A stretch of 62,205 nucleotides of DNA, the filler included, from Basidiobolus ranarum (lineage: Eukaryota): the NCBI GenBank assembly GCA_040143965.1. It is 27 parts of 27 records of this genome, joined end to end, with 100 filler letters (N's around TTAATTAATTAA, not from the genome) between each part and the next. Parts side by side here need not be neighbours in the genome. Positions count along the whole stretch, not along the records: positions 34,690 to 36,894 come from JASJQH010003633.1; positions 36,995 to 39,199 come from JASJQH010003634.1; positions 39,300 to 41,502 come from JASJQH010003635.1; positions 41,603 to 43,804 come from JASJQH010003636.1; positions 43,905 to 46,106 come from JASJQH010003637.1; positions 46,207 to 48,407 come from JASJQH010003638.1; positions 48,508 to 50,708 come from JASJQH010003639.1; 20 more parts are not named here. One strand, written 5' to 3'. Both the position numbers and the translations under genes were made by a program. The notes beneath the pieces are model-generated. The model did not search any database and was not told the DNA's origin. It saw only the letters and a list, made by a program, of their open reading frames with translations. Position 1 is the stretch's first letter, and every line of letters starts with the position of its first letter. Shown piece by piece: positions 35,279 through 48,741 of the stretch.

Positions 35279-36545
35279 TCTCAGTCACCATATCTGATAT
35301 TGCCAGAGTGCTTAAAAAGCTGTCACAGGATACTGTACCTGGTAATGATCAGATCAGCTATGAGCTGCTAAAACTTGCTCCTGTTCCCATGGCTTCCTCC
35401 CTGTCACCTTTGTTTGAACAGTGTTGTTTGCAGCTGAAGACTCCAGAGGAGTGGTTAATAGAAAATGTTGTGCCTCTTTACAAAGGCAAAGGCAAACATA
35501 GTGATCCCAAGTCCTATAAGCCTATTTCTTTGCCACCAACTTGCAGGAAGGTGTTTGAGCTCCTCTCAGTGAAATCCATCCATGAGAGGCTTTTTTGCTT
35601 TACTCTATCCAATTTGGCTTCCTTCCTAAGCTCTCCTTGTTTTTGGCTGTGGTACTCAGTCATGACAGAGCTTTGCAATATCAATAAGCTGCCATTCTTT
35701 TTGATATCACCAAAACCTTTGACTCAGTACACAGAGATCTGCTGTGGAGAAAGCTTCAGCCTTTAACATCCAAGTTCTTCACTATGCTAGTGAGAGCCCT
35801 GTTTATTGATAGTAAAGCCAGAATCCTCTATCCTGAATTCACTTCCTGCCTATACCCAGTGCCTAATGATGTGGTGCAAGGTTCAGTGCTAGGTCCTCTG
35901 CTTTTTAAGATGTTTCTCAATGATTTTCCTCAGCTATCCCCTGCATCCCTGCATACTTTATTTACTGATGATTTCAGGGTTTCTACTTCTCTGCATCAGC
36001 TGGATACTGCCACTATTCAGAGATATCTTTCAGAAAATAACTTAGAGCTTTCCATTGCCAAAACAATTCCAATTGGTTGCACTATTTCCTTGTATGATAC
36101 TCCACATCTTCATATGAACTATGCAGCATATCTAGGCTTTTCATTCACTCAAACTGGCATTGATGGGAAGAAACACTTGTCAGTTAGAATTGCCTTGGCT
36201 TAACAGGCAGTTCACAAGCTACTTGCTGCTACACTGCCCAATACATCTTATCATGGCTGTCAAAGACTTCTCAAGCTATTTGTGAAGACAGTTCTGGAAT
36301 ATGAAGTACATCTGCTCCCACTCAATCAAAGAGACTACTCTAAGATTGATACATTCATCAGCTACTGCCTCAGGCTGCTGATTCCTGACTTGCCTCAGAC
36401 TCCCTATGATCATGCTTTGAATGGAACTTTTGGATTTTTCCCAAAACATATTGGAGTAGTTTTACTCAGGGCAAGATTTCTACTCCAACTAAATAACTGC
36501 AAAAATCCACTGATTGAGAAGTGGCTAGTCACACCATCTTCAAAT
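35279..36545 (+). pseudogene. Non-LTR retrotransposon (LINE) reverse transcriptase, degenerate
   Basis: PGNDQI, VVPLYKGKG...SYKPISL...KVFE, VVQGSVLGPLLF...ND, LFTDD, YLG motifs. Confidence 0.88.
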
Positions 36546-36893
36546 TGTTAAAATTAGCATTGCCTAAACACCTATATAGTCTTATATAGCTTAGTACTTA
36601 GTTATCTTATAATTCACTAAGATATTATCAATTATTCTCAATTGGAATTAACTTGGAATATTTTTACCAACTTAGAAGTTCTCAAATATATAGATTTTTC
36701 AAACTTATGCTAGAAGCTGCAAACTTTGCACACATGTTCCTGGGACCTTCCTTAACATATTCTACATGTTAGTTTGTTTACATCTTGACAAAACTAAAAA
36801 TGTCAACTTTCTACTCAATAAATCAATAAGTGAAAACCACCAATTCCTCTAATTCTCCAAACCATTTCCAACAGGCTCCCAAATACTTTAACA
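36546..36893 (+). mobile_element. LTR family C, full length (348 bp)
   Basis: TGTTAAAA...CTTTAACA; orientation inferred from TGTAGAAAT after the copia-2 PPT at 14108. Confidence 0.8.
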
Positions 36894-36994
36894 GNNNNNN
36901 NNNNNNNNNNNNNNNNNNNNNNNNNNNNNNNNNNNNNNTTAATTAATTAANNNNNNNNNNNNNNNNNNNNNNNNNNNNNNNNNNNNNNNNNNNN

Positions 36995-39199
36995 AAAGCA
37001 TGGTGTATAGCAATAATAATAAGTGCACTAAATCAACTTTAGCTTTGCCCATTGAGTCCACTGACTGTAGTTTGCCTCAAAGTTTTGGTAACACTGCCCA
37101 AAGTCAAGATACTGAGGAGTTACCACAGTTCTATAACTAGAATGAAGTAGGTCCAAATGCAACTTTGGTTGAGCCAGTAACTCCAGACAACTTTGAGGAC
37201 TTGCTGGTATATGTTGACCATGGTTATTCCAGCACCAATGGTAGTATATCAGAAGTTGAAGAAGAAGACAATGGTTCTGTTATAGGCTCTTTATTATTGG
37301 CAAACGTTTGTCCACACATAACACTTCCCGTACAGGAAGCAGCTTTGATTTTTGAGGAGTGGAGAGTTCAATCCAATCTCAGAAACCAGGTGTTTATTGG
37401 TTTTCTTACACTTTCTCCACAGTTGATTGGCAGCTGTTGCTTGCCACAGGCCTGGTACAAGTGGAAGATACTTGTCAATCATATGACTCATAATCCTCCA
37501 GTAAGTAAACTATCTTCATGACCAAATGGTTGTTTGGCTCTCACCAGTGATTTGAAAATCCTGAAGTCATGTACTGTTTGCACACAATTGGAAATCACTG
37601 AATCAGGTAAATATTGCTCATATTTGGCTTACATACCATTGATTCTCCATCTTAAAGTCTTCATGATATCACCCAAATATAGATCATTGATCCAATATTA
37701 AAGTACCCACCATAAAGCTGATATATTACCAATATACTTCATGGATATCACTACCAGAATCTGAAAATTCAAGGTTTCTTTGAGAACACATATGATCATG
37801 AATTTGCATTGGCTCTGGATGGTTTCTCACTAAACAAATATACCGTTGGAAAGGCTTACTGCCCAATAATTTTAATCAACTTAAATCTTCCTCCTTCTGT
37901 ACAGTAAAAGATACATAATATTTTGATACTATCCATCATATCTGGACCTAAGTCAACAGTGCCTATACATAGCTTCTTGGAGCCTTTGATTGTGGAATTT
38001 GAATGATTATCTAATGGGGTTCAGATGGGTGAATATTTTTTTAAAGCTAATGTCATTTTATGTATTGGCAACACTCCTGCCATCAGTAAACTTGGAGGAT
38101 TTAGCAGGCACAATACACTATCTTGCTGCAGAATCTGTCAAATCAATGGAGTTTACTCTAGCAGGCATATGCATTACTACTATCCAAATACAACACCAAA
38201 ATTCATGATTTTACCATCAAGAGTCCAGTCAGATTTCAATATGATCACTGATATCAATTCACCAAATAGTCAGTTTAACATCAAACTTGGCATTAGCTGT
38301 AGGCCTAAGATTATATTGCTAAATGGGATCAGCTGGAGCCAGAGCTTCCCATTAGGAACTATGCACTTACTATTCAACAACAGTCCCATACTACTTACTC
38401 ATGTATATAGTGGGAATTTCTATATGAATGAGCCATTCAAGATAGGATCAAAGTTTGAATCAATTGGGAAAATGCTTGAAAATGTCAAGATACCATCATA
38501 TTTTACCAGTACTCCAATCAATATCCACTCTGCTATGCATTTATTCAAATGCAAAGACTGGAAGTAATGGATTTGTATATATTCAAGTGGAATTTTGAAA
38601 AGATTTCTGCCTGATGAGTATTGGCAACATTGGGAGTTGTTTGTGGATATTGTTAATATATACTTACGGATCAACTCACATTGGCAGATCTCAGGCAGAT
38701 ACAACAACTGTGTGAAGATTTTGTACTTGGATATGAAAAACTTTATTACAGGTTTAAGGAAGATAGACTGAATCTTTGCCAGTATTCAATGCATTCCCTG
38801 CTGTATCTTTCACATTGCTTAGATATTATAGGCCCTTTCTATACATCCTGGGAGTTTCCAAAGGAGTGCATCTGAGGTGAAATGATGCTCCATGTGAAAT
38901 TGTCAATATTATCATATGTTAATCTGATTAACAGTTTATCCGCTAAATTGGTGATGGATGTAATGCAATGGGTTAAGGAGACTCCAGAGTATGAGAAACG
39001 TCCAACAAAGGGCTCATTTTCAATGTGCTCACAGGTTTTTGCATTGTTTGAGCATGCTAACAGCAACAAAGCCCAATCCATAGACATAAAGTAAGTACCT
39101 CCATAACTTGAACTAATTTGTTAGTGTAATAATCTGATGGTATTTTTAGGAAAGCTGAAAGGTAGACTTCTTGGTGTGACAGATCAAGATATGCAGTTT
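36995..39199 (+). mobile_element. CMC/EnSpm transposase, longest continuous degenerate copy
   Basis: Colinear with 16835-18430 and 7021-7815; many stops. Confidence 0.88.
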
Positions 39200-39299
39200 N
39201 NNNNNNNNNNNNNNNNNNNNNNNNNNNNNNNNNNNNNNNNNNNTTAATTAATTAANNNNNNNNNNNNNNNNNNNNNNNNNNNNNNNNNNNNNNNNNNNN

Positions 39300-40093
39300 A
39301 AATTGTTTGGGCACATGAAAGTAGTAATTTCAGAGGAAAACCAGCTAACCAGAAGACTGAATGTCAGAGCTGCAGTCACTTGCTCTGATGATGAGTGGTT
39401 TATCATTTTGGAAACTGTACAGAATCTTGCCCCAAATCATCTCCATTTGAGCTAATTGTGAATAAGCCAAAAACCAGGCCTAACTCTGAAGGTTCTTGCT
39501 CCACTGTCCTACTTACCAGATTCTTCCCAACATAATGAAGATCTGCAATTCCAAAGTCATATAAACTGGCAAAAAAGCTTCATTCAACTTGACATTAAGT
39601 GTGATGTTGACCATGCAGATATCTGGTAAGAACTTAATACAGAGTGGCACAATATTGCAGGGTACTGGCCAGACAGCTGGAAGAATATTGATTGAGAAAC
39701 ATTAAAATAATGATGGTCTTTGAGGGATATATTGATATATACTTGTGTGGGATATGAGCTAAACCTTGGGTATGTTGAACTCTATAAAATATTCAGTAGA
39801 ATATATCAAACGCAAAAGGGATTTCACAGGTGAAAAATTAGCATTCAAGTGGTAAATGTGTAAAATTTGAGTTACATTTTTTACACATGTTTTGATCCAT
39901 AGTTCTCTGAGACTGTAGCCAATCATGTGCAACTATTGTGCAAGATATTGAAATTTCACTCCTGAAACTGAAAAAATTGCTTTAAATCAAATCTAACTTG
40001 ACAATTTTATGATGGTAAGTAAATGGTCAATCCAAAATGGATTAAAACTGTGATGGTTTTCCTGCAATAACAATCTGCAAATTTCTGCTAGGG
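39300..40093 (-). mobile_element. CMC/EnSpm left arm with internally deleted ORF2 plus TIR-L
   Basis: ORF2 blocks with deletions; ends AATTTCTGCTAGGG. Confidence 0.8.
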
Positions 40094-41502
40094 CACCATC
40101 AAAATACAACACTAAACCCCATGTCTTTAATGTTGAAAGCCTGGTTAGACTTAAACATGCTCACTGATATCAATTCACCAAATAGTTAGTCTAACATCAA
40201 ACTTGGTATTAGCCATAAGACTTAGTTTATTTTGCTAAAGGGGATCAGCTGGAGCCAGAGCTTCCCATTAGGCACTATGCACTTACTATTCAACAACATT
40301 CCAATACTACTTACTCAGCTATATAGTGGAATATTCAATATGAATGGGCCATTTGAGATAGGATCAAAGCTTGGATTGATTGGGAAAATGCCTGAAAACA
40401 TCAAGATACCAACATATTTTACCAGGACTCCCTTCAATATCCACTCATCTAGACATTTATTCAAATGCAAAGACTGGAAGTATTGGATTTGTATATATTC
40501 AAGTGAAATCTTGAAAAAATTTCTTCCTGATAAGCATTGGCAACATTGGAAGTTGTTTGTGGATATTGTTAAAGTATTCTTACTGCATCAACTCACATTG
40601 GCAGATCTCAGGCAGATACAGCAACTGTGCAAAGATTTTGTAATTGGATATAAAAAACTTTATTACAGGGTTAAAGAAGATTGACTGAATCTATGCCAGT
40701 ATTCAATACATTGCCTGCTGCATCTTTCACAATGCTTAGAGATTATAGGTCCTTTCTATACATTCTGGGAGTTTCCAATGGAGTGCACCTTTGGTGAAAT
40801 GATGCTCTGTGTGAAATTGTCTGTATTACCATAAGCTAATCTGATTAATAAAGTATCAACAAAATCAGTGATGAATGTAATGCAATGGGTAGAGGAGACT
40901 CCAGAATATATTAACCTTCCATCAAAGGGCTCTTTTCAAAGTGCTCATGGGTTTTTGCATTGTTAGAGCATAACAACAGCAACAAAGCCCAATCCATGGA
41001 CAAAGAGTGAGTACCTCTTCAATTTGTACTAATTTGTTTGTGCAATAATTAGATGGTATTTCTAGGAAAGCTGCCAAACAGACTTCTTGATGAGATATAT
41101 TTAAAAACACAGCATTATTGTTCTAGCCATGGGGTAATCTATTTGAGTAGTGACATGTCTACTTGTGGCAGGACATTTGTTGACTACAAGTTGGGTATAT
41201 ATTGGCTGAATTCTTTACAGAAATTTGCCAAAATCCAAGAGCTTTTTCTCATTGAGAACAGTAACAAGAGTCAGCAATTTGCCAAGTTTGGGTGCTTTTC
41301 AAAATTTCAGGTGTTGAGCAATTTTTCCAATGTTAGTTTGCTAGTAAAGCATATAGATTAAATATGTTCATATGTAGAGACTAAACACAACAAGATTCTT
41401 GTATTTTTTGATTCTCATTATGGCTGGAATTCAAAGCCTAAAATATCTAAATAAAGGCATGCATATTAATTCAAATTCCTACAGCAGTAAACCCAGTAAT
41501 TT
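40094..41502 (+). mobile_element. CMC/EnSpm transposase C-terminal half
   Basis: FPLGTMHLLFNNIP...KIPTYFTRTP...KCKDWKYWI. Confidence 0.85.
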
Positions 41503-41602
41503 NNNNNNNNNNNNNNNNNNNNNNNNNNNNNNNNNNNNNNNNNNNNTTAATTAATTAANNNNNNNNNNNNNNNNNNNNNNNNNNNNNNNNNNNNNNNNNN
41601 NN

Positions 41603-42650
41603 TAGACTATGGAAACCTTCCTATAAAGGTCAAAAGCACTTTAGGAAGAAAAGTAACATATTTTGTGATTACTGTAAAAGAACTGGCCATTTAAACAAAG
41701 ATTGCTTTAAAAGAATTGCAAAAGAAGAAAACCATACTGAATCTGGGAATGTGGTTACAACATAAGATCACTTGCTCATATCTGCTCTTTCTATGACTAC
41801 AAACAAGGATTTCCAGATATTGATTCTGGAGCCTCCCAACATTTCACAAATGAAAAACATTGGTTTGCAGATTTTGAAGAAATCCCAATTAGTAAGGTTT
41901 TCATGGGTGATGACCACATATTGGATGCCATTGGAAAGGGAACAATTCATGTCAATTTTGCTGGAGCTTCTGAAGAGAAAGTGTTTACTTTTAAGGATGT
42001 ACTACATGCTCAGATATTGCCAAAAATTTAATATCTGTATGCAAGGCCACTTCAGAAGGGCCAAAATCAGTTTTGATAAGTCAGGATTGACCATCATTGA
42101 TCAATATGGGAATTATTTAGCTTTGGGAGAAAAGTATCAGAACTTATACAAACTTACATATAATACAAGAGGTTTATGTGTAAACATAAGTTATTCCTGT
42201 CAAGAAACTATTCAATTATGGCTTAAGATATTTGGCTTTATTGGATTTGATTATTTAAGCAAAATGAGCAAGAATTGCCTGATTTCTGGAATTCATGTTA
42301 ACCCCCCAACTAAAATGGAAATTTGTGAGGGTTGTATATATGGAAAACCAGGCAGGCCACCATTTAAGAGCTCTGGCTTAATCAAATCTGTCAAAAAATT
42401 GGATCTAATTCATTCAGATTTGTGTGGACCTATGCAAAATTTATCTTTAGGTGGAAAAAGATATTGAATCACATTTATTGATGATTATATAAGATACACT
42501 TGAGTCAACCGTATGGAAAGAAAAGAAGCTCTCTCTATCTTTAGAGATCTTAAAGCACTTGTGGAGACTGAACCTGGAACTAAGATCAAGAAAACACATA
42601 CTGATAATGGTGGAGAATATACTTTAACACTATTATTACACTTTTGCAAA
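41603..42650 (+). pseudogene. Copia-2 gag knuckle, protease, GAG-pre-integrase, integrase
   Basis: CDYCKRTGHLNKDC; ICEGCIYGK...LIHSDLCGPM; TDNGGEY. Confidence 0.88.
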
Positions 42651-43694
42651 ATAAAGTATTTAGGAGCCTGTTGGAAGTGGTTATGAGAAAATAGAGAAAT
42701 TGGTGGTCTTACTTATTAGTTTATTGAGTAAGAAGTTGACATTCATAGTTTTGTCAAGTAGTATACAGACTAAGATGTAAAATATGTTAAGGAAGGTCCC
42801 AAGAATATGGGTGCCAAGTTTGGAACTCAAGCATAAGCTTGAAACAACTATATATGTGAGAACTTCCAAGTTGGTAAAAATATTAAAGTATATTCCATTT
42901 GAGAATAATGGGAAATATCTTAATGAAATATAAGATTAGTAAATACTAGAGTATGTACAACTATATAGATGTTTTGGCAATGCTAATTACAACCAGAAGT
43001 TCTCAGATACATAGATTCTTCAAGCTTGAGCTAGAAGCCCCAATCTTTGAACACATGAATACAAGAACTTGCTTGACACATTCAACATGTTGATTAGCTT
43101 ACATCTTGTCAAAACTATGAATGTCAACTCTCTACTCAATAAACTAACAAGTGAGAACTAATATTTCTCTAGTTCTTTAAACCACTTCCAACAGGCTCCT
43201 AATGTGGAAATTAGCATTGCCTAAACACCTATATAGTCAAGTGTAGCTTAGTACTTAGTTATGTTATAATTCACTAAGACATTATCCATTATTCTCAAAT
43301 GGAATATACTTGGAATATCTTTACTAACTTGGAAGTTCTCAGATATACATATTTTTCAAACTTGTGCTACAAGCCCCAAACTTTGCACGTATGTTCCTGG
43401 AACCTTCCTTAACATATTTTACATGTTAGTTTGCTCATATCTTAACAAAACAGTAACTGTCAACTGAAAGCTCAACATATCAATAAGTGAAAACCACCAA
43501 TTTCTCTAAATTTTTCAAACTACTTCCAACAGGCTCCCAAATACTTTAACACTGAGCACATTCTAAATGCTTGTTTGTCAATCTCTTGACAAAAGTATAA
43601 ATGTTGGCTTTCAACTTAATAACTCAATACCTGAACACCACCAAATCTTCTAGTTCACAAAACCATCTCCAAAAGCTCCCAAGATAACTTAACA
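42651..43694. mobile_element. Cluster of four LTR family C copies
   Basis: About 42651-42995 (-), 42996-43202 (+, partial), 43203-43551 (+, full TG...CA), 43552-43694 (+, partial, diverged). Confidence 0.75.
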
Positions 43695-43904
43695 TATTTA
43701 GTGATTGTATTTAGTGCTTAGGGTGCCATTATATATATAGTCGACCAAATTCGCACTGAGGTTGGTCCAATCCGATTGAAAGTTATGCACTATCCCGCCT
43801 GAACNNNNNNNNNNNNNNNNNNNNNNNNNNNNNNNNNNNNNNNNNNNNTTAATTAATTAANNNNNNNNNNNNNNNNNNNNNNNNNNNNNNNNNNNNNNNN
43901 NNNN

Positions 43905-45591
43905 TCTTCATACCCAAGGTTTAGCTCATACCCAACACAAGTTTGTATCAATATCTCCATCAAAACCCACCATTGAATTAACATTGCTGAATTAACACTC
44001 TTGGAGCTATCTGGTGGATACCCTGCAATATTGCACCACTCTGTTTAAGTTCATCCTGGATATCTGCATGGTCAACACCAGACTGAATGTCAAGTTGAAA
44101 GTTCTTCTTCTGAAGCCATTTACTGCATGCACTGCATTCTTCCCTTCATACTTTTGAAAATACTCATCAAGCACTTTGACTATTTTTGTACATCTTTGTA
44201 GTGTGACACTACTGCGGGTGCTTTGGGTTGTTTGTGCAGCTTTTTGCTTGCCTTTAACTAGGGGGCTAATTTCAACACTTTGAAAAGTACCAGTTGAGGT
44301 TGGAGAGCCATGAGTTTTATTTCTTGGTGGTTTGGCTTGTTGAGAGGTGCCAGGTGTTGAATAAACTTCCAAATTTAGCACTCTTCCAACAGGTGTACCT
44401 GGATCAATGGTGAAATTAAGCTTTTTTGCCAGTATATCACACGCTGGAAATGCAGATCTTTGTAATGGTGTGAAGAATTTGGCAAGTGGGAGAGTAGAGC
44501 CTAAACTCACTGGCTTCTTTGCTTTTCCCTCAAGCTTACTAACTTCCTGCTCCTTGAGTACTACTTTAGCTCCTTTTCTTTCTTTTCCAAGTCAATAATT
44601 GCATACATTTTTGAGATGTATTATGAATAGGCCTATACTAGCCCAATTGCCATTTGCTTGCAAAAACCTGGGATAAGCCATGTGCAATAAGTCAAGAACC
44701 TTCAGTGTAATGCCTGGTTTTTGATTTTTCCACAATTGGCTCAAATCCAGATAATTTTGGGCAAGATTCCACACAGTTTCCAAAATGTCAAATCACTCAT
44801 CATCAGAGCAAGTGATGCCAGCTCCAACATTCAGAGTCTTTTGGTTTGCCGGTTTTTGTATGAGATTTCCACTTTCATGTGCCCAAGCAATTTGGGTTGT
44901 TGTGTAGGCTTAATGGTCTAATACATATTCTGCTCAGCTACATTGTCATGGTGATGCTCAAACGTATGGTGTGGGATTGATTGAAATCCCAAATGAGAAT
45001 GGACGGAGGGAGCAGCATGTTGCTATAGCTCCAGTACAGCATTCTGAAGGTCTTGTATCAGTGTTGAGTGCCTCTCTAACTGTTGATTGGTTGCTTCCAA
45101 ATGCTGCATTAATTACAATATTGCAGCATTATTGTTTGTCATGGCCTGTATAGCAACTTCATACTTTTTACTCATGATTGCATACAAATCATTATGGTGT
45201 TCTGCCTGTGACTCACTTGTTGAAATAATTCTATCCAAATTTTCAAAGGAGGGTTGTTCAACAGTTTCCAAAGTAGCCATTTTTGAAGTTGATGGTCTTG
45301 ACAGTGTTTTGGTTGAACTTTGCTCAACTATTGATTTACTAAGTAATTGGGTGATTACAATCTCTTCACTTGCACTATTGCTGGAAAGGAACACATCTGG
45401 TAAACTGATTAATGCTTCATTATTACTTGAGTTGGTTTCTGGCATGTTAATGCCTTCCAATGCAGATAGTGGATTGCTAGGCTGCTCATCAATCAAGTCC
45501 TCTGTTCTTGCTGGTTTTTTTCCCTTTGTGCCAGCAGGCTTTGGCTTGGAAGCTGATATTAACTTAGATTTTGAGCACTTTTTAATGGCAT
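43905..45591 (-). pseudogene. CMC/EnSpm ORF2, most complete copy (unknown function)
   Basis: Lys/Ser-rich N-terminus, coiled-coil-like segment, ETVWNLAQNYLDLSQLWKNQKPG...AYP.FLQANGNWAS block, S/T/P-rich linker. Confidence 0.75.
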
Positions 45592-45802
45592 TGAAATTCC
45601 CAGTTGGTAAACTTGGTGTAATAAAATTGCTTAGGAACAGCTTAGAATAAACCAAAATTACCATCCATTACCAGAAATATCTTGTCAATCCCCTGATTAC
45701 TCATCTGTGACACCATCTCAGCATCAGCAGATGATATTGATGGGCTATACTAAAAGTACCAACCTTACATGGGAGGTGATCTTTTTCTACAATATCCTTC
45801 TC

Positions 45803-45990
45803 ATGCTGCAACACAAACAATTAAAGAATCCCTGCTATTATTGTCACAAATTCTTGAGATAAGAAAGCCAGATACTTCATAGATAAAATAATCACAAGCA
45901 TGGTCACTGCACAAAGCCACCAGCTGCACAAAGCCTGGTTATTGTAACAGTAATAAGTGTACTAAATAGACTTTAGTTTTGCCCATTAAG
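45803..45990 (+). pseudogene. CMC/EnSpm transposase start
   Basis: ATG homologous to 16706; divergent from ORF2. Confidence 0.75.
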
Positions 45991-46106
45991 TATTGGGAAA
46001 ATATGGGCTGTTTGGAGGAACTTTAGAAAAGTGGAGTTGTGAATAGCTTTGTGAGATAATTATTTATTGACCAGAAATTAAGTATTTATACATATTGGTG
46101 GAAATA
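45991..46106 (-). mobile_element. LTR family B, 3' end
   Basis: TATTGGGAAAATATGGGC is the reverse complement of the LTR B end. Confidence 0.8.
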
Positions 46107-46319
46107 NNNNNNNNNNNNNNNNNNNNNNNNNNNNNNNNNNNNNNNNNNNNTTAATTAATTAANNNNNNNNNNNNNNNNNNNNNNNNNNNNNNNNNNNNNN
46201 NNNNNNTGTAGTGCTTTCATCACAAATTGATGTCTAACAGATGACTACCTACTCATTTCGCTCGTCAAGTGAGAGTACGTTTAACTGAACAAAAAGCCCT
46301 AACTACTCCAATAAAAATA

Positions 46320-46401
46320 TGATGAGCGTGGGGTTCGAACCCACGCCTCCGAAGAGACTGCGACCTGAACGCAGCGCCTTAGACCACTCGGCCATCTCAC
46401 C
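46320..46401 (-). tRNA. trnL: tRNA-Leu(CAG)
   Basis: GGTGAGA TG GCC GAGTGGTCTAA GGC G CTGCG TT CAG GT CGCAG, long variable arm, GTGGG TTCGAAC CCCAC GCTCATC A, followed by TATTTTT terminator; CpGs intact. Confidence 0.95.
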
Positions 46402-47712
46402 CTTCCTGATTGGTTTAATCGTAGAGAAAATATAGCATTGTTTTCTTCAATTTATTTACTATCTTAGATGTATGCTTAGTGTTATTCTTTTTCTTGTTTA
46501 CTTTATCCCGTAATGACAGTTGACGGACCTCAAACTTGTTATTTTTTATTTTGATGTATATTTGAATTTACTCTCCTGATGCTGATGGCATACTCTCAAC
46601 CAATTGCTTTTGCGAAGGCAAGAAGTTGCCAAAAGTTCCAAAGCAGAGTAGATAGCTGGAATTCATTTGACGAAATTATTGTATTTACTAAAACTTATAA
46701 GAATACCTCCAATATATATTTGGGTATTGTCAATTTGTATAAAGCATGTAATGAAGATAGTGGGTGAATTTGAGTGTGCTTTCTATTGAGGGTATTTGGC
46801 GAAAATGTAGCTTACAAGCGACTAGAAGCAACCGATGGTAGTTACAAATGATAAGGATTGTAAATAGTATTTACATTTGTTTATCATCCATTTCTTTCAT
46901 TTGCAACGTATATACAATATATGTATACTTAGTAGCTCTAGCGTATTATTCCAATGTTTTACTTTGTCAACAATGATATTCAACTTACTGCCACTGGAAA
47001 TTCTATTACTGTAGTGTGTTCACTATGATACTTAAGATGCCCAGATATTTTAGTTGAATGTGAATGCAATAACAAAAACTTGAAATAACCTCAAAGTAGG
47101 CTTGTTTGAAGTTTGGCAATAACATTTTACAATGCATCTACATTACTTGAATAATCAAGCGTCAGAAACGTAAAAAACGATTGTCTGGTAACCATAAGTA
47201 GTAATAATACAGCAATGACCTCCAGACAAGGGTTAGTATGAAATGTGCATATACTAACAGCAACAGATATAAGCACTGGTCACCTACTAAATTAATGTAG
47301 TAAATATCACTACTTAATGCAGTTGCCCATATATTTCACATGCTCAAGTCATAAGAACCTAAGGATATTCCAATTTTTTAGTGTAAAAAGTCAATCCGGT
47401 CAACTAGATATCACCATGATACGCTATTGATACACCCTCACTGCAGCAATATTACAATGAACCTCTTTGTTACCACATTAATGGTAAATGTACCTAGTAA
47501 ACGTGGGGCACCAAGAGTGCACTAAATAGGTAAATACAACACTGTTGAAATTTAGAAGACCAATATGGTGATGCGATTGTTGATCTTTTTAGTTTGACTA
47601 AGATTGGATTATTCGTGCTCACTAGATACTAATAAGCTATATATATACCATCAACATATTTGTTAATCGTTGAACCTTCCAACGTCACTCCTTGTCAACA
47701 ATTTCTCAACTC

Positions 47713-48407
47713 ATGTTATCAAAAGTAATCCTTCTTATCGCCTGTTCAACTATTCGCGCAAACATTAGTAATCATTCCGATATCCTCGTAGACTTGATAT
47801 CACGGACAAATTTAAACTCTGGTCTAGAGAAAAGTGCGGTACCAATCACCAATACTGTAAACACACCCCAAAGAACGGCAATGGTACGCCATTTGGATCA
47901 AACTTGTGGTAAAGGAATTGGACAATGTGATACAAGGCTATGCTGCAGTGAGCATGGATTTTGCGGATATACCACTGATCACTGTGGGACGAACTGTCAA
48001 TCACAATATGGCTCTGGCGATGATGGCACTTTGACTACAGTAAACACTGGTTGCTCTGTTCCTGGAACATTTTCCGTCACTTTCGACGATGGCCCAAGTG
48101 TACTCACCTCTGGACTGTTAATTATCTCAATTCTCAAAATGTGAAAGCAACTTTCTTTATGAACGGATTAAACTGGAAAGTTACAACACTCAGAATCCCA
48201 TCCTAAGCATCTATTAACTCGCTGATGTTGTCAAGGAGGTCTATAACACTGGTCACCAGATTTGCTCTCACACTTGGAGTCATATCAATCTTATCACTGT
48301 CAATGAATACGATATTACCTATGAATTAACTCGTCTGAACAATGCATTTGCAACTATACTTGGGAAGGTACCAACCTGCCTACGTCCACCTTATGGGAGT
48401 ACCGACA
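47713..48407 (+). pseudogene. CBM18 + CE4 chitin deacetylase, disrupted and 3'-truncated
   Basis: Signal-like N-terminus; hevein-type CGKGIGQC...CCSEHGFCG...HCG..CQSQYG; TFDDGP, KATFF, HQICSHTWSH and RPPYG; frame changes near 48119 and 48178 and in-frame TAA near 48215. Confidence 0.88.
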
Positions 48408-48507
48408 NNNNNNNNNNNNNNNNNNNNNNNNNNNNNNNNNNNNNNNNNNNNTTAATTAATTAANNNNNNNNNNNNNNNNNNNNNNNNNNNNNNNNNNNNN
48501 NNNNNNN

Positions 48508-48741
48508 GGCAGCAATGCCGAAGCCTTGAATCATGGCTGTTATTAATTGTTGTGATGCCAGGTCACTATTTGCAGATGCAGCAATGGGGGAGCTCACAGA
48601 GGCGGATACTAGAAATACAAAGATTAACGTGGCAGCGAATTCAGCTAATGCTATCCTCCATGCTTGATGAAAAGGATTGATCGTTGGATGGCGTGGTCTA
48701 CCCAAGAATCTTTGATATGGCGTTAAGCGTTGATACTCCAT
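48508..48741 (-). CDS. Aquaporin (MIP family) N-terminus, truncated by contig end
   Basis: WRIALAEFAATLIFVF (TM1 AEF motif), then TM2 LITAMIQGFGIAA; NPA motifs not in the contig. Confidence 0.8.

Noticed and set aside
35209..35766. ORF 35209-35766 as a novel fusion protein
   Set aside because: The first 23 or so codons are antisense LTR-B sequence that happens to be in frame with the decayed LINE RT.
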